DNA of 64,000 bases from Thermoanaerobaculia bacterium (GTDB lineage: Bacteria > Acidobacteriota > Thermoanaerobaculia > Multivoradales > Multivoraceae), in NCBI GenBank assembly GCA_963666565.1, contig OY762911.1, positions 4,544,001 to 4,608,000 of the forward strand, in the 5' to 3' direction. The notes below the pieces were generated by a model. The model had not been told where the DNA came from and ran no database searches. It was given only the letters and a program-made list of their open reading frames with translations. Positions 48,677 through 57,321 of the stretch are shown here, one piece after another. The stretch's first letter is position 1. Each line of letters starts with the position of its first letter. The position numbers and the translations under genes were made by a program.

Positions 48677-50301
48677 GCCGCGCCGGCCAAGTACTCGGAC
48701 GCCTCCGTCAGTTCCTCCGGCTCGGTGGCGCCCGCCCACGCATCGAGCAGCTTCCGGTACGACTCCGACGCCGCCGCGGCGTCGCCCGCGGCCGACTGCG
48801 CGCGGGCCAGCCCCAGCAGCGTACGAGGCCGGTTGGGGGTGTACAGCAACTGGTCTTCGAACTGCGCGATCGCGTCCTCCGGACGTTCGAGCTGCAGCAG
48901 CACCTCGCCGTAGAGCTCGCGGATCGGCTTGATCGGCGACGCCGCGCCCCGCGGCGGCGCCATCGTCGAAGCGACTTCGAGACCCGCCTCGAACAGTTCG
49001 ACCGCTCCGTCGGCGTCGCCCTCGGCCAGCCGGATCAGGCCGGCGACTTCGTGGTGCATCACCTGCGCGGGCTTGGGGCCGCGCTGGAACGTCGAGCTGT
49101 CGCCGCTCTGCCGCTCACCCGCCTTCTTGAGCCTCGCGGCGGCTTCACGGGCAAGGTCGAGTTCGCCAGTGTGGACTGCCGAGATCCCGGTCGCCAGCAG
49201 TTCCGAACTGGCCGTGTCGTCGGTGATCTCGCGCGTTTCCCACTCCTCCGTCTCCACGATGTAGCGGGCCCGCACCAGCGGCACGGTGTTCTCGGCCCAA
49301 TCGCTGTCGGTACGCTCGACCAGATCGTCGAGCTCGGCGATCCACTCCCTCGCCTTGGCGTAGTCGCCGCGCTGCAGGTCCCCGTACTGCCCCCAGTCGA
49401 GCGAGTGGACCATGTCGCTGACGCGCTCGCCCGGATCCCAGAGGGCCACCGCGGCCTCGTAGGCGGAGTCGTTCGACTTCGACACCCGATCCCACATGCC
49501 GCGCTGGATGAAGATGTGCGACGGCATGTGCCGGGCGTGCGAGACGGCGGCCGCGATGTCGGCGAAGCGATACGCCGCCGGCAGCGCCAGCGGCGCATGC
49601 ACCGGATCGTCGAAGGCGTGGATGATGTAGTGGGCCGCGCCGGGATGGTTCGGGTTGCGCTCGAAGACGCCGAGACCGATCGACCCCGCCATGACGTTCA
49701 GCCGGAAGGTGTCGTCGTCGAGCGGCCCGACCGCCTGCAGCAGCGACAGCGCGTAGAACGCGGCGACTTCGTCGTCGTCCGGGTAGCTCTCGTACAGCCG
49801 CTCCATCGCCTCCATGTAGGCGATGCGCCGCTCGACCAGTTCGCCTTCGCCGAACAACTCCTCGACCGCGGTCAGGAAGCCCCGTTCGCGCTCGTCGCCG
49901 GCCTTGGCCGCCCGTTCCTCGCGGGTCTCGCCGAGCCGCGCCAGGGCTTCGCGCGGCGACTCGAGATCCCGTTCCGGCATCAACGGATGGTTGTAGGTCA
50001 GCGTCTCGCCCCAATACGCGAGCGCGAAGTCGGGCTCGATCTCCTGGGCGGCGTGGAACTGCTCGCGCGCCTGCTCGTAGCCGAAGCTGTGCAGGATGGC
50101 GACGCCGCGGATGAAGTGCTTCTGCGCGTCCTCGCCGGCCGAGGTCGGGAAGTCGATGGAGCCGACGTCGACCGAGGCGTCGAAGTCGGACACGTCGCTG
50201 GCGGCCTCCGCCTCCGAACTGGCGCCGGGAACGCAGCCCGCGGCCACCAGCAGGGTCGACACGACCGGCAAGACGGTGAAGAGGAACGCTGGACGAGTCA
50301 T
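48673..50301 (-). CDS. TPR-containing lipoprotein
   Basis: Lipobox AAGC; LHSFGY, HPGAAHYIIH and HARHMPSHIF; TPR-like helices. Confidence 0.8.
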   Translation of the reverse strand: MTRPAFLFTVLPVVSTLLVAAGCVPGASSEAEAASDVSDFDASVDVGSIDFPTSAGEDAQKHFIRGVAILHSFGYEQAREQFHAAQEIEPDFALAYWGETLTYNHPLMPERDLESPREALARLGETREERAAKAGDERERGFLTAVEELFGEGELVERRIAYMEAMERLYESYPDDDEVAAFYALSLLQAVGPLDDDTFRLNVMAGSIGLGVFERNPNHPGAAHYIIHAFDDPVHAPLALPAAYRFADIAAAVSHARHMPSHIFIQRGMWDRVSKSNDSAYEAAVALWDPGERVSDMVHSLDWGQYGDLQRGDYAKAREWIAELDDLVERTDSDWAENTVPLVRARYIVETEEWETREITDDTASSELLATGISAVHTGELDLAREAAARLKKAGERQSGDSSTFQRGPKPAQVMHHEVAGLIRLAEGDADGAVELFEAGLEVASTMAPPRGAASPIKPIRELYGEVLLQLERPEDAIAQFEDQLLYTPNRPRTLLGLARAQSAAGDAAAASESYRKLLDAWAGATEPEELTEASEYLAGAA

Positions 50302-50444
50302 CTGGATCTCCTTCCGGGCGCGGGCGGCGCCCGTGTTGCGTCGAATGGCGGAGAGGAAGCGCACCCTCTATCGTAGGACAAAGAGCGCCGGAATCCCTAG
50401 CTCCTCGGTATTCTGGCCTAGGAAGATCCTCGCCAGACCACGCC

Positions 50445-52925
50445 ATGTCCACGATGAAACACGGTACGGCAGTCCTGGCTGTCGCGTGGGCCGTCGCGGC
50501 CGTGCCCGGCACGGCCCAGCCGCCGCCGGACATCAGCGACGGCTGGCATCGCTCCGTGCCGGCGCACCAGGGGCTGGACGAGTCCGCGGTCCGGGAGATC
50601 TTCGACCGGGTGCGAACGCAGTCCGACTACGAGAACGTTCGCGGCGTCGTCATCGTGCGCCACGGCACGCTGGTGGCCGAGACCTACTTCGGCGGCTTCA
50701 CGAACGCCAGCCTGAAGAACGTCCACTCGGTGAGCAAGAGCGTGACCTCGCTCGCGGTCGGCGTCGCCCTCGACCGCGGCCTGCTGCCGGGGGTCGACGC
50801 GCGGCTGGCGGACCTGCTGCCGCACTACGCCCACCGGCTGGCCGAGCCGCCGAAGGATCGGCTCACCCTGCGCCACGCGCTGAACATGACCGCGGGACTC
50901 GCCTGGAACGACACGGACTCCGCGTTCTGGAACAACGCGGACAGCGTCGACTACGTGCTGACCCGCGACGTCGTGGCCCAACCCGGCGCCGCGTACGAGT
51001 ACTCGAGCGGCCTCAGCCACGTGATCGCCGAGGTGAACAACCGGGCGACCGGTCAGAGTCACCTCGCGTTCGTGCGGAAGCACCTGTTCGGGCCGCTCGG
51101 CATCGCGACCGCTACCTGGGACACGGACCTTTCCGGCCGTTACTGGGGCGGAACCGGGCTCCGGATCCGGCCGCGCGACATGGCCAAGATCGGCCAGCTC
51201 GCGCTGCAGGAGGGCCTGTGGGAAGGCCGGCGACTCGTGTCGCGCGAGTGGATCGCCCAATCGACGCGCGGCCAGACCGCCGACATCGCCGAGGCGCCGA
51301 ACTACGGCTACCAGTGGTGGATCCGGCCCCAGGGGCGCTACCTGGCGCACGGCTACAACGGGCAGTACATCGGCGTCGATCCCGAGGCCGACATCGTGAT
51401 GACGATGATCACGCTCTCCGAGCGGTCGCCGCGGCCGCGGGAGACCTACCGGTACTACTTCGAGCAGCTTCAGGATCTGGCCCGCGACGCGATTCGGCCC
51501 GAGCGGCGGGGCCGGTTCGAGGCGACGGCGGCGATCCCGGAAGCCGGTTCCGACCTGAACGGCATCACCATCGAGGTCAGGCGCGTGGGCGGCAGCGACG
51601 GCGCCGCGACCATCGCCTACGGAACCCGGAACGGCAGCGCCCGCGCCGGCCGGGAGTTCCGGCGCACCGAGGGCGAATTGCGCTGGGAGCACGGCGACGC
51701 CTCGGCGCGCACGGTCGAGATCCCGCTGCTTGCCGGTGCCGCGGGCGATGCCGCGCGCGACTTCCGCTTCGAGTTCGAGTCGATGAGCGGCGGCGTCGAC
51801 GCCCCCGGGCGGATGAGGTTGGAGCTGAGCCCCGGCGGGCGGCCGGCGAATCCGGCCGGATCGATCGAGTTCACGGGACCCGCGTTCCCCGGCCGCGAGG
51901 GCGGCGAGACCGTCATCGCGGTCGAACGCCGCGGCGGCACGCGGGGCGAGGTCGCCGTCCGCTACCGGACGCTGCCGCGCTCCGCCGCCGACTCGGACTT
52001 CAGCGCCGTGTCGGGCCGGCTCGCGTGGAAGGACGGCGAATCCGGCACGCGCCGGGTGGCCGTGCCGCTGATGGCCGACGACGAGATCGAACGCAGCGAG
52101 TTGTTCGATCTCGTCCTCAGCGACGTGGCCGGCGGCGCCGAACTGCCGGAACCGCGCGCCGTGGGCGTGATCCAGGACGCCACCGCCGGGCCCGGCTGCG
52201 AGAACGGCGACGGCGCTCTCTGCCTCTCCGGCGGCCGCTTCCGCGTCGAGGTCGAGTGGCAGTCGCAGCACGACGGCAGCCGGGGCACGGGCTCGCTGCG
52301 GCGGCTGAGCGACGAGAGCGGCGTCGCGACCTTCTTCTCGCCCGACAACGTGGAACTCGTCTTCAAGCTGCTCGACGGCCGCGGCGTCAACGACCACCAC
52401 TGGGTGTACTACGGCGCGCTCTCGGACGTCGAGTACTGGCTCACCGTGACGGACACGCTGCACGACCGGATCGTCGTGTACCGCAACCCGCCCGGCGAGA
52501 TCTGCGGGCGCGGCGACTCGAAGGCGTTCGCGGCGGTAGGCGGCGCCGCGGCTGCTGTCGGCGCCCACCGGGAACCCCACAGCGACGAGGGCTGCGCTCC
52601 CGGCACCCTGTGCCTGCTCGACGGCCGCTTCGAGGCGACCGCCGAGTGGAGCACCGCCGACGGCCGCATCGGCGCCGGCACGCCCATCGCGGACACCGAC
52701 GCCACCGGCTACATGTGGTTCTTCTCTCCCGGCAACATCGAACTCGCGGTCAAGGCGCTCGACGGCACGGCGATCAACAACGCTTTCTGGGTCTTCGCCG
52801 CCGGCCTCACCGACGTCGACTACCGGCTGACCGTCACCGACACGGCGACCGGGGCATCGAAGACGTACTCCAACCCGAGCCGCCCGTTCTGCGGCCTCGG
52901 CGACACGACCGCGTTCCCGCAGTAG
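50445..52925 (+). CDS. Secreted serine hydrolase (beta-lactamase fold) + 2 Calx-beta + duplicated C-terminal domain
   Basis: SVSK (SxxK), YSS and HGYNGQ; Calx-beta-like segments (V.R.GG..G...V.Y.T...SA); two LCLxxGRF...LTVTDT repeats. Confidence 0.85.
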   Translation: MSTMKHGTAVLAVAWAVAAVPGTAQPPPDISDGWHRSVPAHQGLDESAVREIFDRVRTQSDYENVRGVVIVRHGTLVAETYFGGFTNASLKNVHSVSKSVTSLAVGVALDRGLLPGVDARLADLLPHYAHRLAEPPKDRLTLRHALNMTAGLAWNDTDSAFWNNADSVDYVLTRDVVAQPGAAYEYSSGLSHVIAEVNNRATGQSHLAFVRKHLFGPLGIATATWDTDLSGRYWGGTGLRIRPRDMAKIGQLALQEGLWEGRRLVSREWIAQSTRGQTADIAEAPNYGYQWWIRPQGRYLAHGYNGQYIGVDPEADIVMTMITLSERSPRPRETYRYYFEQLQDLARDAIRPERRGRFEATAAIPEAGSDLNGITIEVRRVGGSDGAATIAYGTRNGSARAGREFRRTEGELRWEHGDASARTVEIPLLAGAAGDAARDFRFEFESMSGGVDAPGRMRLELSPGGRPANPAGSIEFTGPAFPGREGGETVIAVERRGGTRGEVAVRYRTLPRSAADSDFSAVSGRLAWKDGESGTRRVAVPLMADDEIERSELFDLVLSDVAGGAELPEPRAVGVIQDATAGPGCENGDGALCLSGGRFRVEVEWQSQHDGSRGTGSLRRLSDESGVATFFSPDNVELVFKLLDGRGVNDHHWVYYGALSDVEYWLTVTDTLHDRIVVYRNPPGEICGRGDSKAFAAVGGAAAAVGAHREPHSDEGCAPGTLCLLDGRFEATAEWSTADGRIGAGTPIADTDATGYMWFFSPGNIELAVKALDGTAINNAFWVFAAGLTDVDYRLTVTDTATGASKTYSNPSRPFCGLGDTTAFPQ

Positions 52926-52935
52926 CGTCGCGCCG

Positions 52936-53751
52936 ATGAGACGCCCGTGCCGTCACGGCCTCGCCGTGCGCCTTCCAGCAGCCCTCGTGGCCGCGGCGCT
53001 GGCGGCACCCGTCGCTGCCCAGGTGAACACCGAGAAGATGCGCGTCGGCGCCGACGCGCCGGGCTGGAGCGGCGCACTCGACCTGAGCGCCGCCCTGCAA
53101 CGCGGCAACCGGGAACGCGAGGTCCTCGGCGCAGGCGTCCGGCTCCAGTACGCCTGGCCGCGCCTGGAAGACGCCACCGCTCCCGCCAACGTCGTCTTCC
53201 TGACCTCCAACTACTCCTTCACCCGGCTGAACGACAGCCGCTACATCAACAACGCGATCAGCCACCTGCGCTTCATCCGCCGCAGCGGCCGCCGCGTCTT
53301 CCTCGAGGTCTTCGGCCAGCACCAGTTCAACGAGTTCACCCGGCTGGAACGGCGCCTCCTGCTGGGCGGCGGCGGCCGCCTGGCCCTGCTGCGCGCCGAA
53401 CGAACCGAGATCTTCCTCGGCGCCGGCTACATGCTGGAACGCGAGACCCTCGATCTGGCGGCCGATCTCCCGGACGCGCGGCGCAGCGAGCACCACCGGT
53501 CCACCAACTACCTGACCGTCCGCTACAACAGCGAGGACGACCGCCTCCGCCTGGTCCACACCCTCTACGCCCAGCCACGCCTCGACCGGCTACAGGACTA
53601 CCGCCTGCTCTCCGAAACCTCGTTCGAGATCCAGCTCCTCCGCCGCCTCGCCCTCGCGGTCAACCTGAACGTCGCCCACGACAGCGAGCCGCCCACCGGC
53701 GTCAAGGAGACCGACGTCGTGCTGTCGAACTCGCTCCGCTACTCGTTCTAG
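52936..53751 (+). CDS. DUF481-like outer-membrane beta-barrel
   Basis: Signal peptide AQVNTE, GN motif, amphipathic strands and C-terminal LRYSF. Confidence 0.8.
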   Translation: MRRPCRHGLAVRLPAALVAAALAAPVAAQVNTEKMRVGADAPGWSGALDLSAALQRGNREREVLGAGVRLQYAWPRLEDATAPANVVFLTSNYSFTRLNDSRYINNAISHLRFIRRSGRRVFLEVFGQHQFNEFTRLERRLLLGGGGRLALLRAERTEIFLGAGYMLERETLDLAADLPDARRSEHHRSTNYLTVRYNSEDDRLRLVHTLYAQPRLDRLQDYRLLSETSFEIQLLRRLALAVNLNVAHDSEPPTGVKETDVVLSNSLRYSF

Positions 53752-53754
53752 CCG

Positions 53755-53848
53755 GGTGCGCGGGTCTTCCGACCCGCTGCCGCCGAAGGCGGCCAGGAGA
53801 ACCCGCCGACTGGTGCGCGGGTCCTCGGGTCCGCTGCCGCCGACGGCG
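53755..53848 (+). repeat. REP-like element plus degenerate second copy
   Basis: Core at 53755-53794, 3 nt after the stop codon; degenerate copy from 53812. Confidence 0.85.
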
Positions 53849-53954
53849 TTCAGGCAAGGCGTCGGCCGAAGGCCGTTCCTGCTCTAGCCAGCAACGATGA
53901 TGGGGTCTTCGTAATCCACTAGACTAGTGTTCCGAATCACCAAGAGACCACTCC

Positions 53955-54284
53955 ATGCCCACTCCCCACCACCCGCCCGCCGCCGTCAGGAGAGCGCTGC
54001 ACAAGCTCGGCGCCGATCTGCGCGACGCCCGCCGACGCCGCCGGCTGTCCATGCAGGTCGTGGCCGACCGCGCCTTCACGTCGCGTTCCACCCTGCGGCG
54101 GGTCGAAGCGGGCGACCATCGAGTGGGCATGGGGATCTACGCGGCCACGATGCACGCCCTCGGCCTGCTGGACGGGCTGAGAGACTTGGCGGACTGGCGG
54201 CGGGACGACTTCGGTCAGGCCCTCGCGGCGGCTGCGTTGCCGCGCCGGGTCCACACGCGTCGCCCGCGGAGGGACGACGAATGA
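53955..54284 (+). CDS. XRE-family HTH antitoxin (HipB-like)
   Basis: LGADLRDARRRRRL...SRSTLRRVEAGDHRVGMGIYA...LGLL...LPRRV. Confidence 0.85.
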   Translation: MPTPHHPPAAVRRALHKLGADLRDARRRRRLSMQVVADRAFTSRSTLRRVEAGDHRVGMGIYAATMHALGLLDGLRDLADWRRDDFGQALAAAALPRRVHTRRPRRDDE

Positions 54285-54550
54285 CCGCGGCGTCCGACGC
54301 GCGCAACGTCGAAGTCCATCTCGACCTCGATGGCAGTCCACAACGCGTGGGGCTGCTACGCCGCCACGCGAGCAGGCAGCAGGCGGACACCCTGACCTTC
54401 GAGTACGACCCGGCCTGGCTTGAGGGCGACCAGAGCTTTGAACTCGATCCGGGCCTGCCCCTCACGGCCGGTCTCTTCGAGGCGACGCGAAGCAATGGCA
54501 TGGCCAGCGCCTTCGAGCACGACGACCTGAAGCGGGCGCTCGTGATCTGA
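54281..54550 (+). pseudogene. hipA: HipA toxin with large in-frame internal deletion
   Basis: HipA_N-like start (VEVHLD...TFEYDPAWL...ELDPGLPL) joined directly to the typical C-terminal tail MASAFEHDDLKRAL; only 89 aa, kinase domain absent. Confidence 0.8.
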
Positions 54551-54579
54551 GGTCGCCGCCTGAAACCGGCCAACGACCG

Positions 54580-55551
54580 TCAGTCGCCAGCGCCTCGACC
54601 GAACCTCAATCTCGGCAGCAGTTGCAACAGACCGAGAGCGCCGAACAGGAAGACCGCCAGAGGCGCCAGGCGGACCACGACGTGGGGAGAGTCTCGGACG
54701 TGTTCGTTCGACGCCCAGAAAGCGACGTACACGAAGTTCGCGAACAGGAGGATCGTCACGCCCAGCACCAAGTAGCCGAACAACGGCGGGCACGAATGAA
54801 GCGACGGCAGCAGGGCGCTGGGCCGGGCCTCGCCCCTATCCCGGTTCCACCGAGCCAGGAGTTGCGCGGCAACGAACAGGCCCGCCAGGGCCGCGAGCGC
54901 GACGGCCAGTGAGCCGCCGCGTCCCGCCGCGAGCGCCACGGCAACGAACCCACCCATCGGCAGAACGATCAAGGCGATGAGAAGCCACCGCCTGAAGGGT
55001 TGCAGCTCGCTTCGGCTCTCGCTCGGCGCTGCGTACTCAGTTTCCTTACCGGCTTCGCTGTCCTCCCTGCCGCGATTCGACAGGGACGAAATCAACTCGA
55101 AGAAACAGTAGGAACCGAGCATCAGCACGATCGCCGCCCGCCGCGGCAGGACATGAACCGCCGCGTCTCCGCCCACAGACCGGAAGGCGGCGTAGGCGTA
55201 GACGATCGCGCCGACAAGCCCCGTACCGACTGCCGCGTAGCCGAACCACACGGGACAGCCGCGGATCCCGAGCCACCCGGCATCCGCGCTCTCGTGTCCT
55301 CTTCCCTTGCCCCACCTGGACTGAACGCCCGCCAGGACGAGCAGCGCCCCCACGCCGGCCCCGACGAGGATCAGAGGACCTCTGTCCTCCAGGAAGCCGA
55401 CGCCCTCGGGGCGCTCGGGGAAGCCGGCCCAGACGAAGTCGACGCCGACCAGGATCCAGACGGCGATGCACCACCACCCGATCCAGCGCGGCGCCTGCTT
55501 CCGCGGCGCATGGCTGCGTTCCAAGGTCGCGGCCTGCTCAACGTTGCCCAC
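54580..55551 (-). CDS. Unknown membrane protein with two internal ~4-TM units
   Basis: About 8 hydrophobic segments; CPxxFG motif occurs twice; -10 TAGACT 6 nt before GTG. Confidence 0.75.
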   Translation of the reverse strand: MGNVEQAATLERSHAPRKQAPRWIGWWCIAVWILVGVDFVWAGFPERPEGVGFLEDRGPLILVGAGVGALLVLAGVQSRWGKGRGHESADAGWLGIRGCPVWFGYAAVGTGLVGAIVYAYAAFRSVGGDAAVHVLPRRAAIVLMLGSYCFFELISSLSNRGREDSEAGKETEYAAPSESRSELQPFRRWLLIALIVLPMGGFVAVALAAGRGGSLAVALAALAGLFVAAQLLARWNRDRGEARPSALLPSLHSCPPLFGYLVLGVTILLFANFVYVAFWASNEHVRDSPHVVVRLAPLAVFLFGALGLLQLLPRLRFGRGAGD

Positions 55552-55611
55552 GCGAGGAGTCTACTCGTCGAGCGTTAAGCTGCCCGAGAACCTCGCCGCC
55601 AACTCGAAATC

Positions 55612-55832
55612 CTAACCCCAAGAACCGTCGGCCACACGACGCCGCAGGGCAGCCAGCGACCGCCGAAGACTCTCCGAAGCTATGGCAGCCCGCTCAGGAT
55701 TCCATGCGAAGCGAGCGTACGCCACGATGCGAGTCACGTACTCGGGCCCAGTACGACGAGACGATCCTGAACGGGAAAGTCGGCCTCCTTGAAGTTGCGC
55801 CAGTTGCGAAGCGTCAGGTGGGTCAAGCGCAT
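55612..55832 (-). pseudogene. Collapsed AAA-ATPase + partner (DUF4276-like) two-gene remnant
   Basis: MRLTHLTLRNWRNFKEADFPVQDRLVVLGP (ATPase N-terminus, breaks at Walker A) abuts, in another frame, GPEYVTRIVAYARFAWNPERAAIASESLRRSLAAL*. Confidence 0.65.
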
Positions 55833-55849
55833 GGAGGAAAGCTATCAAC

Positions 55850-56112
55850 TCAACGCAGCGTCAGAGTCGCTCCAGCGTCAACGCCCACCCGGACGCCGCC
55901 TCGGTTCATCGGCGACCTTCATCGCGGAGGTTCTTCCAATGCAGACCACCCAAGGTCAGCCCCACCCGCCGCCTGCGGAGTTCCGTGATCACGCTCTCCG
56001 GTTCGCTCTGTTCCGCCTGTCGTGTGGAAGTCAGGCGCGTCACAGACTGTCCCCTGCGCGTGATCAGTACCTCCTGGCCTTGCCGGGCCGCCGCTTCGTC
56101 CGAGCCCGTCAC
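55850..56112 (-). pseudogene. Phd/YefM antitoxin lacking its N-terminus, plus a possible vapC stub
   Basis: GQEVLITRRGQSVTRL...KNLRDEGRR (Phd-like, 55906-56112). ATGA-coupled 19-codon stub MNRGGVRVGVDAGATLTLR follows. Confidence 0.65.
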
Positions 56113-56648
56113 CGCTCATCTCCCGGCGGACCTTGGCTCCGCATCTGGAGCAGAAACAAGAGGGCAAGACACCCGAACGTGAAAACCATGAGCGGTTCGA
56201 AGGCCCAACCGGACCGACCCAGGCGAGACCCTTCGTCAAGGCTGCCCCAGAACCGATAGAGGCCGGTTCCCAGAGCCAGACAGAACGAGGCGAAGACGAC
56301 GCCTCCAAACCAACCCGGGCAACCGTCGAGCCAAGCACCGAGCCCGCGAGATCGCCCCTGCCCGCCAAGACGATTCACTCGGGCCAGGACAGCGGCACCG
56401 ACGAAGAGAACGCCGACGCCGATCAGGGCAAGCAAAGACGGACGCCAGTCACGTAAGGACAGTGCCGTGTTCAGGGTCCACACCGCCATCAAGAACGACA
56501 TGAGGATGACGACGGCCCGCTGCATGCCAGGCGACATCTCCCCCATCCGCTGACGGGCCCGCCGCCATGAGGCGAGCCTGGGCGTCACGCGCAGATTGAA
56601 GCGCGGCCCCGTCGGCTTCGAGACGATGCCGGCTGTCCTCCAAATCAC
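56109..56648 (-). CDS. Unknown 4-TM membrane protein, paralogous to 54580..55551
   Basis: LFVGAAVLARVNR...LDGCPGWFG...YRFWGS...PLMVFTFGCLALL; GTG 56648 preceded by TAACGT (alternative ATG 56546). Confidence 0.7.
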   Translation of the reverse strand: MIWRTAGIVSKPTGPRFNLRVTPRLASWRRARQRMGEMSPGMQRAVVILMSFLMAVWTLNTALSLRDWRPSLLALIGVGVLFVGAAVLARVNRLGGQGRSRGLGAWLDGCPGWFGGVVFASFCLALGTGLYRFWGSLDEGSRLGRSGWAFEPLMVFTFGCLALLFLLQMRSQGPPGDER

Positions 56649-56708
56649 GGTAAGCACGTTACCACCCGACATTTCCCGACAACGGACCACACCGAGGGTT
56701 CGTCGCGT

Positions 56709-57197
56709 CTACGAATCGGAACCGCCCGCAGGGTTTTCACGCTTCCTCGCACCGATCTTCCAAGTCCGCCGACCACCGATGAGCGGCCTGACTCCGCAGA
56801 CCGTCGCGAGTGCCGCGAGGCCCATTCCCCCGAAAATCGCTGCGTCGCCAATCTCCTCTCTGCCCATCCCCAGCCGAACGACGACTGCGGTGGTCGCCAG
56901 TGTCACACCAGCCAACAGAGCAGACCGGGGAATCCAGGCCGGCAGCTTCTCCAGCCTCGCCATCAGGCCGACGCCTTCCTTCCGGGCAAGCCGGGCAGCC
57001 CCGGCCAGCCCGCCGAAGATCACCGTCAGCAGAACGAACGGCGCCACAACGTGCCACCCTCGGTCGTCGGAGGCCGCGAACAGCTCCACGGCCGACAGTC
57101 CCCAGAAGGCGCCGAGGAGCCAGAGCATTGCCCAACGCATGTCCGTGGGCAGAACCTCCCGTACAGGCGCTTCTTCAGGTTGTCGCGAGACGTTCAT
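56709..57197 (-). CDS. Unknown 4-TM membrane protein
   Basis: Four hydrophobic segments; LEKLPAWIP in the equivalent position. Confidence 0.65.
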   Translation of the reverse strand: MNVSRQPEEAPVREVLPTDMRWAMLWLLGAFWGLSAVELFAASDDRGWHVVAPFVLLTVIFGGLAGAARLARKEGVGLMARLEKLPAWIPRSALLAGVTLATTAVVVRLGMGREEIGDAAIFGGMGLAALATVCGVRPLIGGRRTWKIGARKRENPAGGSDS

Positions 57198-57240
57198 CGA
57201 GCCGCCTGAGCCAGTATCGCAGGTTGCTCGACAAACGCGA

Positions 57241-57268
57241 AACGGCCGGTCCCGAAGGACCGGCCGTT
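57241..57268 (-). terminator. Intrinsic terminator-like hairpin downstream of the Vgb-like gene
   Basis: Perfect 12-bp stem AACGGCCGGTCC-CGAA-GGACCGGCCGTT, with a T-containing tail on the minus strand. Confidence 0.65.
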
Positions 57269-57321
57269 GAAGCTGCGACGGCCTGCCGAACTCGTCCGGC
57301 AGGCCGCTGACTGCGCAGCGC

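Noticed and set aside
57241-57273. Hairpin ending TTGAAGC resembling a type I-G repeat
   Set aside because: Single perfect stem with a T-containing tail on the minus strand directly downstream of a gene, 51 kb from the cas genes. Better explained as a terminator.
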